Positions 35,532 to 43,944 of a DNA stretch of 64,000 nucleotides are shown here, piece by piece. The notes under the pieces were generated by a model, which was not told the origin of the DNA, made no database searches, and was given only the letters and a program-made list of their open reading frames with translations. Location of the stretch: contig CAZMMZ010000003.1 of assembly GCA_964567575.1 (NCBI GenBank), forward strand, positions 10,113-74,112, in the 5' to 3' direction. Numbering within the stretch: position 1 is the stretch's first letter; the number at the start of each line of letters is the position of its first letter. The translations under genes and the position numbers were made by a program. The stretch is from Candidatus Undinarchaeota archaeon (GTDB lineage Archaea > Undinarchaeota > Undinarchaeia > Undinarchaeales > UBA543).

Positions 35532-36115
35532 AATTTGTGAAGGGGCTAAGGTGCAAGGGGGCTAAGGAGCTAAAGCAATATCCTAGCCCCATAGCTCCCT
35601 ACTCGCCTAGCCCCCTTAACCAAAAGGCCCAGGTAAATTTCGGTTTCATTATAGCGGTTCTTCTGTTGATTGTTGTTATCATTACAGCAACTACTGGTGT
35701 TCTTGATAAGCTTCCATCTATTAAACATGATGCAGAAACATCTGCAATGGCTCCACGCATTGAAGTTATTAGCAAGTTGTTGCTGGAAGATCCTGGATAT
35801 CCTGCTACATGGACTTCTGCGAATGTCGAGCGCGTTGGTTTAATTCATCACAATTCTTACAATAACAAAACTAAATTTGGCCAGCTTAATTCCACAAAAA
35901 TTAATTATGTTGCAACTTTGTCATATGATACTATAGCGCATCAACTTGGTTTGTTTAATGATACGAATTTCCGTTTGCGCGTGTCAAATGCTAATATGAT
36001 TCTTGATATTAATCAGAGTTTGCCTGGCAGTACTGCGAGTGTGTTTGTTTTGAATCGCGTGTTTTCACTTGATGGAACAAGTTTTGTTAATGCAACTTTG
36101 GAGGTGTGGGAATGA
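35513..36115 (+). CDS. Class III signal peptide protein (minor pilin) with repeat-derived N-terminal extension
   Basis: QKA|QVNFGFIIAVLLLIVV; ..PGYPATW motif. Start uncertain (35513 ATG, 35528 TTG or 35537 GTG). Confidence 0.75.
   Translation: MAVYILKFVKGLRCKGAKELKQYPSPIAPYSPSPLNQKAQVNFGFIIAVLLLIVVIITATTGVLDKLPSIKHDAETSAMAPRIEVISKLLLEDPGYPATWTSANVERVGLIHHNSYNNKTKFGQLNSTKINYVATLSYDTIAHQLGLFNDTNFRLRVSNANMILDINQSLPGSTASVFVLNRVFSLDGTSFVNATLEVWE
35540..35617. repeat. GC-rich repeat-built imperfect palindrome inside the pilin leader
   Basis: ggggcta / gggggcta / ggagcta followed by tagcccc / tagctcc / tagccccc. Confidence 0.75.
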
Positions 36116-36597
36116 GAGCGCTTCGTAATAACAAAGGTTGGCTTCGAATTATTGAAATCGTTCTTGCAGCAACTTTGGTTTTCTCTTTTATGATGTTCAT
36201 CTCTCGATTTGAGGGGGGTTCTCAAATCTCTCGGCCAGACACTGATGATTATTTGCTTCGGCAAATTGGCGAGGATGCGCTTCGCGCGTATGATATTACA
36301 GATACAGTTGGGGATGCGAAAAGTGATTTAGCAACTGATGTGATTGAAGGAGATTGGACATCAATTGGTTCATATTTTGATGGGTCTCTTGAACAGAATA
36401 TCGGATACGCTGTGTACTTTTACAATGACACAAGCGGATATTCTGATGGTGAAGTTTACTTGGAAACTGGCACAACAAACATTCCTGTGAATCGCGATAT
36501 TGCAACTGTGTATTACATGATTGCTGGCGATTCAGGTTCTCATTGCAGTGATATTAATGCGTGCGCTGTAAAGCTCGACCTTTGGTATATGAAATGA
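36112..36597 (+). CDS. Class III signal peptide protein (minor pilin)
   Basis: NKG|WLRIIEIVLAA; GGAGGTG Shine-Dalgarno-like sequence upstream of ATG 36112. Confidence 0.8.
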   Translation: MRALRNNKGWLRIIEIVLAATLVFSFMMFISRFEGGSQISRPDTDDYLLRQIGEDALRAYDITDTVGDAKSDLATDVIEGDWTSIGSYFDGSLEQNIGYAVYFYNDTSGYSDGEVYLETGTTNIPVNRDIATVYYMIAGDSGSHCSDINACAVKLDLWYMK

Positions 36598-37298
36598 AAT
36601 TGAATTTCAAAAACAACAAAGCGCAGTTTTTCATAGCGAGCGCTGTCATCATCATCATCATGCTCTATTTCATTTACTTCCATGTGCTTGGTCGCAATGA
36701 ACTTGATTCATCAACGTTGCAAACTTCTGATTTGTCTTATACTTTGAATAATATTCGCGAGGAATATGATTCAGTTGTTGAATTAGCATTGTCTGGTGTG
36801 TCGATTAATGGTGAAGGTGATCGGGACGCAGCACTGGATGGGAACTTAACGTTGTTTTCGAGCTTTGTTGCGAATTTAACAGCGCAACAGCATATTGTTT
36901 CGGACATTACTGCAGGCCGGCTGGATGCAAATGCTACTTACATGAATGCAAGTGTTAACATAACTCTCAAGGGTTTGACTTCTCAGGCAACTGCTCGGTT
37001 CTATGCAGTTAGTGAAATCCGAAATGCAATTACTCAGCTTGTGACTTGCACATCTGGGCCAAATGTTTTGGATTTCAGAGTGCGCGTGTTGAAAGAATAT
37101 CTTGAGCCAGTTGTTGATTTAACTGCTGGGAATTTCACAGTGGTGTATGATGGTGGGGGTATTTCTCCTAGTGTGACGCACGAGGGCGCTGGTGTTTATT
37201 TGTTTGAATCATCTACTGCATGTGCTGGAAGCGATTCTTTATCAGTTACTGTAATTGATAATAGAAATATCAAAGCAGCACACACCACTACAACATAA
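36594..37298 (+). CDS. Class III signal peptide protein (minor pilin)
   Basis: NKA|QFFIASAVIIIIML; ATG 36594 overlaps the upstream stop. Confidence 0.8.
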   Translation: MKLNFKNNKAQFFIASAVIIIIMLYFIYFHVLGRNELDSSTLQTSDLSYTLNNIREEYDSVVELALSGVSINGEGDRDAALDGNLTLFSSFVANLTAQQHIVSDITAGRLDANATYMNASVNITLKGLTSQATARFYAVSEIRNAITQLVTCTSGPNVLDFRVRVLKEYLEPVVDLTAGNFTVVYDGGGISPSVTHEGAGVYLFESSTACAGSDSLSVTVIDNRNIKAAHTTTT

Positions 37299-37360
37299 TT
37301 ATGTTATAGGTAGATTTAAATAAAGGTCTTTTAAAGGATTTCTCAGAAAGGAGGTGTAGA

Positions 37361-37615
37361 ATGAATATATATGTTGGAAATCTTTCATGGGAAATGGACC
37401 AAAGCGTATTACGAGCAGAATTTGCAGCGTTTGGAACAGTTGACTCATTGAACATTATTATGGATAAAATGACTGGTCGATCTAAAGGATTCGGTTTTGT
37501 TGAAATGTCAAATGATGATGAAGCAAAAGCAGCTATAGCGGCATTAGATGGTAAAGAAGTCGGCGGACGAGCAATTAAAGTTAATGAAGCTAAGCCAAAA
37601 GAACCACGAGTTTAA
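37361..37615 (+). CDS. RRM (RNP-1) RNA-binding protein
   Basis: IYVGNL (RNP2), RSKGFGFVEM (RNP1), IKVNEAKP. Confidence 0.95.
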   Translation: MNIYVGNLSWEMDQSVLRAEFAAFGTVDSLNIIMDKMTGRSKGFGFVEMSNDDEAKAAIAALDGKEVGGRAIKVNEAKPKEPRV

Positions 37616-37682
37616 TTAACTAATCTTTTTTGATTATACTTTTAAGCGTTTGGATGTAAGAACACAGGCGCACTCTTTTTAT

Positions 37683-38141
37683 TTAATTTTTAAATTTAAA
37701 TCCAAATAATCTTCCAAGTTGATACAAATTATTTTTCTTTTTTCTCCGCCTGCTCGCGGAGGTAGAGCGAGGACGTTCGCCTTCGGCGAAGTCCTGATTG
37801 AAGTTGGTTAGTATTTTTGTAGATTTTTTTACAGGTTTTTTAGCAGGCGCAGGAATGTGTCGCGGCGTTACTGTTTTACGCTCTCGCGCAGGCGCGCGCG
37901 CCTGTTGCACAGGTTCTACAGATTTTTTAATTTCATTATTTTCTAATTCATCTTCTAATAAAAATAAAGAATCTACACTTGTATTGAAATGTTTTGCAAT
38001 TTTTTTTGCTAAAAGAAGGTTAGGAATACTCTTCCCACTCTCAATCAGGCTTATTGTTTCACGATGAGTGTTGGTTTCTTGCGCCAAATGAGCTTGTGTC
38101 ATTCGTCTGCGCGCACGAAACTCAGGAATTCTAGTTTTCAT
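37683..38141 (-). CDS. XRE/Cro-C1 family HTH transcriptional regulator with basic C-terminal tail (paralog of 26079-26438)
   Basis: MKTRIPEFRARRRMTQAHLAQETNTHRETISLIESGKSIPNLLLAKKIAKHF. Confidence 0.9.
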   Translation of the reverse strand: MKTRIPEFRARRRMTQAHLAQETNTHRETISLIESGKSIPNLLLAKKIAKHFNTSVDSLFLLEDELENNEIKKSVEPVQQARAPARERKTVTPRHIPAPAKKPVKKSTKILTNFNQDFAEGERPRSTSASRRRKKKNNLYQLGRLFGFKFKN

Positions 38142-38150
38142 GTAACAGTA

Positions 38151-38213
38151 ACCACCTCATAATGTGAGGTTAACCTCACATAATGTGATGTTAACATTAC
38201 ATTTTGTAGGTAT
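38151..38213. promoter_or_regulatory. Three tandem 21-bp palindromic units (putative operator array)
   Basis: accacctcataatgtgaggtt / aacctcacataatgtgatgtt / aacattacattttgtaggtat; the cores recur at 38158, 38179 and 38200. Confidence 0.75.
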
Positions 38214-38219
38214 AAATAA

Positions 38220-38528
38220 CTATTTCTTTCGAAATTTATTTTCTTCTTCTTTAACATCGTGTTCCAGCTCAATCATATTTCTACTCATCTTTTTTTTCAT
38301 TTCAGTAATTGTAGTTTCTCCTAACCACACATTAAGTGGGTTTTCTAAATTTTTATGAATTCTATCTGTTATTTCACCTAATTCAAAATTAATATAAAAA
38401 AGATCTCCACTTTTAATCATTGCTGCTCGTTCCAAAAGTGTTTCTAACTTTTTTCTGTAATTTATTTTCATTTGCATGATTCCTTCATACATTGTTTTAA
38501 GCTGTTTATTGCTATTGATTAATTCCAA
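38220..38528 (-). CDS. Hypothetical protein, possibly the 3' part of a decayed longer gene
   Basis: The frame stays open about 30 codons upstream of the TTG start; an adjacent frame continues to ~38707. Confidence 0.45.
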   Translation of the reverse strand: MELINSNKQLKTMYEGIMQMKINYRKKLETLLERAAMIKSGDLFYINFELGEITDRIHKNLENPLNVWLGETTITEMKKKMSRNMIELEHDVKEEENKFRKK

Positions 38529-38743
38529 ATCTTGTTCAAAAATTTCACCCCGTAAAAAAGGGACACACTCGTGCAGTATTCTCCAATAAACTTTTTTTGT
38601 TTTTAAAATTGTATGTTAAAACCAGATTTTTTATTTATCTCGTTAATAATTAGTCTCAAATTCTTCTTTGTTTTCGTTAATAATTTTTCTGTTATTCTTT
38701 CAACCATTCTAAAAACATATTCATTTTAATACTTTATAACAAT

Positions 38744-39940
38744 TTATTTCTTCAAAAATTCAACTTCTTCTTTATCTAATTCCAAATTTAGATTCACTTT
38801 CTTCTTCAGCATTTGCCTGAAATAAGGCATTTGCTCTTTTGCTCGTTTCCTTGAGCAATGCAACTGTTCACCAATTTTTCCAGCAACTTGTTTGCGCATA
38901 GCTCGGCTTGCTCTTGTTCTACCCATTCGCATTAAATAAGTTGGTGGCATGTATCTAGTGAACTTGTTGTACTTCTGCTCCTTTGCTAAAGCAGTACCAA
39001 GCGCCATTAATTCAGCACTGTAACTCATGAATGTCCAAGCACCGCGCCGTGCAATCCTTCCCGTGAAAACATCTGCGCGTGAAATTGCATCAAAAGCTTT
39101 TGCAACTTCCTCAGGTTTCTCATACTCTTTTGGAATTGTTTCAATAAGCCACAACATAATCTCATTCGGACTTTTATCACAATCCCAAACACTTTGCATA
39201 ATTGTTTTAGGATCTTTGGATTTGTAAATCGCAAACAAAGTATCGAAAATGCTCTTAACACGATCTCGTTTTCCAAGTACTTCCAAATCCTTCATTGTAA
39301 TCTTGTCAATTCCAGATAAAGTTTCAATATCATTAATTGCAGAGCGCAAATCACCTTCAGCTCTACGAGAAATTTCAGCAATCACAGTTTCGTCAATATT
39401 CATTCCTTCTTTTTCAGCAATTTCTCCTAATCGCTTTGCCATTGAACGAATATCCACTTTCCTCAAATCAATACCTCTACATTTTTTCTTGAGTGTGCGG
39501 AGTTTCTGATTCCACTTGTCAGTTGCTGTGAGAATCATTGGGAAGCAAGTCTTATCAACAATCTTGCCTAGTGTTGCCATACCACCGCGGTCTGAATTTC
39601 CATGAACACCATCAACTTCATCAACAAGAATTAGTTTGCCATTACTTGGAATCAAACTCTGCTGATTGCAAGCGCATCCAATCTTTGCTTCAATCTGATC
39701 CTTTTTCCGATAGTCAGATGCATTCATTTGAATAAGCTCATAACCAAGTTCTTCAGCTACAGCAATTGCAATTGAAGTCTTGCCACTGCCTACTGGTCCT
39801 GTGAGGAGAATAGCTTTCTCTGGCTGTTGTTTAAAATTTTGAACAAAATCAAGAATTGCTTTAACACTACCAGCTTGCCCAACAACTTCGCTTGTGTTAG
39901 CAGGACGATACTTCTCAACCCAAGGGAGTTTGTTTGTCAT
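38744..39940 (-). CDS. rfcL: Replication factor C large subunit
   Basis: WVEKYRP, GPVGSGKT, MNASD, LVDEVD, GDLRSAIND. Confidence 0.96.
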   Translation of the reverse strand: MTNKLPWVEKYRPANTSEVVGQAGSVKAILDFVQNFKQQPEKAILLTGPVGSGKTSIAIAVAEELGYELIQMNASDYRKKDQIEAKIGCACNQQSLIPSNGKLILVDEVDGVHGNSDRGGMATLGKIVDKTCFPMILTATDKWNQKLRTLKKKCRGIDLRKVDIRSMAKRLGEIAEKEGMNIDETVIAEISRRAEGDLRSAINDIETLSGIDKITMKDLEVLGKRDRVKSIFDTLFAIYKSKDPKTIMQSVWDCDKSPNEIMLWLIETIPKEYEKPEEVAKAFDAISRADVFTGRIARRGAWTFMSYSAELMALGTALAKEQKYNKFTRYMPPTYLMRMGRTRASRAMRKQVAGKIGEQLHCSRKRAKEQMPYFRQMLKKKVNLNLELDKEEVEFLKK

Positions 39941-40911
39941 TACTTTTCTTTTCCAATAGCATAAATCTGCGCAAGCAGTGCAACAACTTGAATGCGTGCA
40001 TCTGCGCCTTCAATAATTCTGAAATTATATTCACCAATTTTGTCAAGCAAAGTCACAAGCTTCTCTTGTGGCAGTTCCATTTTCAATACGCACTGATGCA
40101 TTTGTCGAACAACATCCTCGCCACTTAAACCTTGTTTAATCATAACACCGTCAAGCTGGCTTCGAGCCTCTTCGAATTTACCATCAAATGCTTTCTGAAC
40201 GCATTCTTCAATATCTTGTGGTCGCGCTTTAGCAGCAACTTTGTAAACTGCTTCTGCATTAATTTGCTTCACAGTTGAAGCAGTTGCTTGCAAGAGATTA
40301 ATTGCCTGACGCAAATCTCCGCCACTAACTTCAAGCAAAGCTTCCATACCATCATCACTAATTGCAACACTTTCTTTTTCCCCAATCATTTGCAATCGTG
40401 CTTTAACATCTTCCTGCGCAACAGGTAAGAATCTGAAAAACGCGCACCGACTTTTAATTGGATCAATAATTTTTGAATTATAATTGCATGCTAAAATGAA
40501 ACGGCAAGTTGCAGTGTAATCTTCCATAGTTCGTCTCAATGCTTGCTGCGCTTCGCGAGTAAGGGCATCACTTTCATCAAGGTAAATTATTTTGTAAGGA
40601 ACATTTCCAATTGGTCTGGTTCTTGCAAAATCTTTTACTTTCACACGAACAACATCAATACCTCGTTCGTCACTTGCATTTAATTCCAAAAAGTTTCCGC
40701 GCCAGTTATCGCCGAATAGTTCGCGGGCTATTGCTATTGCGCATGTAGTTTTCCCAGTTCCAGCTGGACCTGCAAATAACAAATTCTGCAGAGTCTTGTT
40801 CTCTACAAAAGATTGCAGTCGGCTCACTATCTCTGTTTGACCAACTACATCGTTTAACAATTGAGGTCGATACTTTTCAGTCCAGACCTGCTCGAATAAT
40901 TCTTCAGCCAT
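39940..40911 (-). CDS. rfcS: Replication factor C small subunit
   Basis: WTEKYRP, GPAGTGKTT, ELNASDERG, DESDAL, SRC motif; no intein. Confidence 0.98.
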   Translation of the reverse strand: MAEELFEQVWTEKYRPQLLNDVVGQTEIVSRLQSFVENKTLQNLLFAGPAGTGKTTCAIAIARELFGDNWRGNFLELNASDERGIDVVRVKVKDFARTRPIGNVPYKIIYLDESDALTREAQQALRRTMEDYTATCRFILACNYNSKIIDPIKSRCAFFRFLPVAQEDVKARLQMIGEKESVAISDDGMEALLEVSGGDLRQAINLLQATASTVKQINAEAVYKVAAKARPQDIEECVQKAFDGKFEEARSQLDGVMIKQGLSGEDVVRQMHQCVLKMELPQEKLVTLLDKIGEYNFRIIEGADARIQVVALLAQIYAIGKEK

Positions 40912-41004
40912 TTCTCCCCAACGTGTTGTATGAGCGGGGATATTTAATGTATTCGGTTTTCGAGTTTCTTATTATTTATATACCCCTTTTGCATACGCTT
41001 CTAT

Positions 41005-43251
41005 ATGAATAAAAGCAATCAATTGGCACTTTTCTTAGCCATTTTAATTCTAATGTTTGCGACTTTGCCTACTACATTTGCAAGTGAGCAAGTCACAACT
41101 GTATATGATGCAGATTTGTCTGTTTCTGTATCTGAAATAATTCCAACTACTGTTAATCCATTTGACAGTCAGTATTTTACATTTGAATCAATTCAAATTC
41201 GAAACTCTGGACAAGCTCCGGTTATCTGCAAAATCCCAACTGGACTTGATAATGGTGATGGGAAGATTTCAGAAGATGAATACTGGGCAACTCTTGCATA
41301 TAACAAACTTGACAAAGATGGAGATTCATTCCAAGGACTTTTTAATTCATTCATACTTGATGATATTTTTGTAAATGAAGAATCACTTCTTAATGGAATT
41401 GCCTTATTGAAAGAAAAGAAGTTAATCACTGAAGAATCCGCGCTATTCTATACTCGAAAAGAATCTCGGATAACTAGTGGATTCTGCAAAATCAAAATTC
41501 TTGATTCTATGCCAGGACAAGGTTCAAAACTAATAAAAGAATTCACACTTGACAGAAATCTTGCAGCAGGAACTTCTGTTATTCTCTCAACAAAATTCAA
41601 GGACTATGTAATTGAAGGTGCAGGAATGCATAGTATACAAGTTATTGCAGATTATGATAACTTGCTTCTTGAAAAAAACAAGGATAACAATGTTGCAGAT
41701 CTTCAAATATATGTAAATGCATTCCAACCGGATTTATTCTTTATGGGGTCAAATAAGATTTATAACCGTGGTCCCGCGCCTATGCTTTGCAACCGGTTCA
41801 AAATAAACAAAGGTGTGTTTGCTCCATCAAAGAAAGCATTTGGTGAAACTCCAAGAACGCGCGTACTTTCATACATGCTTCTTTCTGAAACAATTGCATA
41901 TGCAGAAGCAAATGGGCACACGTGGTTCTCTGGCGAAGATATGAGAACGGTGTTTGATTCCTCTGCTATTTTCGAAACTTATTATGATGATTATCCAAAC
42001 ACAGAAAAATACAAAAACCGCATTTTCGCTTTGTTGTCTGAAAATCTTTTGGATCATGAAAATGTTCATCCTGTTTTGAAACAACTTGGGGGTTCATTCT
42101 GGATTGCTGATAATGTTTTAATAAGAAATTACTGCTGGTTTGGCGATGCTGATACAGAAGAAGATGTTTGCAAAGATCCTATTGCTTTAGATCAAGCTAT
42201 TGTTAATCCAGGAAGCTTTGTTCCAATTGGTGGAGTAACTGCTGGTTTCAGTAATGTAAATTGTTTTGCTCTTGAAGATTCCAATCAAGATAATAATCTT
42301 TACTCTGAAGGATTTGAAAATCAATTCATTGAGAATCCATCTTCACTTGAAACCAAAGTCAGTATAAATTTAGAATTGGATAACAAATATTGTGATGGGA
42401 TTGTTAATGTTTACACTTCAACAACCGGAACCGAGTGGGGACTTGTTAATGCGATTCCAACCTGCCCAACTCGACAATGTAATAATATTGACACCGAACT
42501 TACAATTTCAAATCTCTTTAGCTACATTAAATTAGAGAGTAAGACCTGCACTCTTAAAGATTCTTCAATTACAATATTGGATTCAAATTACGGAGATCCA
42601 TTCACTCGCGTGTCAGAATATTGTGGTAATAGTTATGGGTGGTCAGTACCACTTAAAGCAGATGATGAAGTAATCCCAATTGACAAATGCTCTCCAAAAA
42701 TTGTTTCACATATTCATTATTTCGGTGGCGGTTCTGAAGGAGTAAATACTGAAAAAGATGCAGTTGTTTATTTAAACACCCCAATTCCTTCAACTTCAAA
42801 TGTTGAAATTTTAGTTGACGAGGTTTATGATATTCTTGTGGGTGAACCAACAGACTTTTTATTCCAGTTGAAAAATAAAGGAGTTAAACCAATTGATGAG
42901 CTTGATGTTGAGCTAGAATTTCCAAACGACGCTTGTTTAGATAGCACAACACAAAAAGCCACGATTTTCAATCCTAATAGTCGAAAAGATGTTATCTTTA
43001 CTTTCGATCTTCCAACAATCACTTTTGTTAATAGTTATCCACTCACCATAAATGTGAAACGCGCTGGTTATACTATTGCCAGCAAAGAAGTCGAAGTTCG
43101 TATTGTGAAAGATGATTATTTACTACTCTATACTATCTATGGATTAATTGGCGTTGCTGCTATTGGTCTTATAGTCATTGTATTGAAATTTACTGGTATT
43201 CATGAGAAAATATTTAAAAAGAAACATAGACGAAAACGTCGGAAGAAGTAA
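41005..43251 (+). CDS. Large secreted, membrane-anchored CARDB/Ig-like domain protein
   Basis: Signal peptide; CARDB-like segments (IRNSG.AP ... IADYDN...E.N.DNN); C-terminal TM helix and basic tail. Confidence 0.75.
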   Translation: MNKSNQLALFLAILILMFATLPTTFASEQVTTVYDADLSVSVSEIIPTTVNPFDSQYFTFESIQIRNSGQAPVICKIPTGLDNGDGKISEDEYWATLAYNKLDKDGDSFQGLFNSFILDDIFVNEESLLNGIALLKEKKLITEESALFYTRKESRITSGFCKIKILDSMPGQGSKLIKEFTLDRNLAAGTSVILSTKFKDYVIEGAGMHSIQVIADYDNLLLEKNKDNNVADLQIYVNAFQPDLFFMGSNKIYNRGPAPMLCNRFKINKGVFAPSKKAFGETPRTRVLSYMLLSETIAYAEANGHTWFSGEDMRTVFDSSAIFETYYDDYPNTEKYKNRIFALLSENLLDHENVHPVLKQLGGSFWIADNVLIRNYCWFGDADTEEDVCKDPIALDQAIVNPGSFVPIGGVTAGFSNVNCFALEDSNQDNNLYSEGFENQFIENPSSLETKVSINLELDNKYCDGIVNVYTSTTGTEWGLVNAIPTCPTRQCNNIDTELTISNLFSYIKLESKTCTLKDSSITILDSNYGDPFTRVSEYCGNSYGWSVPLKADDEVIPIDKCSPKIVSHIHYFGGGSEGVNTEKDAVVYLNTPIPSTSNVEILVDEVYDILVGEPTDFLFQLKNKGVKPIDELDVELEFPNDACLDSTTQKATIFNPNSRKDVIFTFDLPTITFVNSYPLTINVKRAGYTIASKEVEVRIVKDDYLLLYTIYGLIGVAAIGLIVIVLKFTGIHEKIFKKKHRRKRRKK

Positions 43252-43254
43252 AAG

Positions 43255-43944
43255 ATGGAAAAGAAATATCCACAACACTTTGCAATTATCCCTGATGGAT
43301 GTCGTAGATGGGCAAAGGAACGTAATCAAATGCCATGGGAAGGGCACAAGAAAGGTGTTGAAGTTATAGAAGAATTACTCCAATGGTTTGTTGATACTTA
43401 TCCAACCAAATATATTACTGGTTACGGACTTTCTATTGAAAATTTCAACAGAGCAAAGAATCAGCTTGATGCATTGGCAATGCTTTATTCCAAACACTTT
43501 ATGCGAATTGCCAATGATGAACGCACACACAAAAATGAAGTTCGTGTGCAAGTGTTAGGTAGGGTTGATCTTCTTCCAAAAAAAGTTCAGAAAGCAATAA
43601 AGAGTGCAGAAGAAGCAACAAAAGATTACGATAAACATATTTTTAATATTGCATTGGCTTATTCCGGCAGATCAGAAATTGTTGATGCTGTGAAAAAACT
43701 AAATGAAGCTGGTTCTGAAATTTCTGAGGAAAACATTTCAAAAAATCTTTATCAACCAGATGTTCCAGAGCCTGATATGATATTCCGAAGTTCTGGAGAG
43801 CAACGAGTAAGCAACTTCCTGCTTTGGCAGGGCGCTTATTCAGAATTGTTTTTTGTGGACAAGTATTGGCCTGATGTAACAAAAGAAGATATTGCAAAAG
43901 CAATGGATGAATTTGATTCAAGGCAGAGACGATACGGAACTTAG
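43255..43944 (+). CDS. uppS: cis-prenyltransferase (polyprenyl diphosphate synthase)
   Basis: AIIPDGCRRWA, SIENFNR, YSGRSEI, RSSGEQRVSNFLLWQ. Confidence 0.96.
   Translation: MEKKYPQHFAIIPDGCRRWAKERNQMPWEGHKKGVEVIEELLQWFVDTYPTKYITGYGLSIENFNRAKNQLDALAMLYSKHFMRIANDERTHKNEVRVQVLGRVDLLPKKVQKAIKSAEEATKDYDKHIFNIALAYSGRSEIVDAVKKLNEAGSEISEENISKNLYQPDVPEPDMIFRSSGEQRVSNFLLWQGAYSELFFVDKYWPDVTKEDIAKAMDEFDSRQRRYGT

Noticed and set aside
28462-37298. Archaellum (flagellum) operon
   Set aside because: No FlaH, FlaC/D/E or FlaF/G homologs; two separate TadB/C-like platforms and short pilins fit a pilus.
37889-37904. 16-bp perfect palindrome CAGGCGCGCGCGCCTG in the XRE-2 tail
   Set aside because: Largely explained by a self-complementary (GC)n run; counted under the GCGCGC observation.
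26451-38213. 21-bp tandem units as CRISPR arrays
   Set aside because: Only three contiguous units each, with no spacers and no cas genes; their position fits operators.
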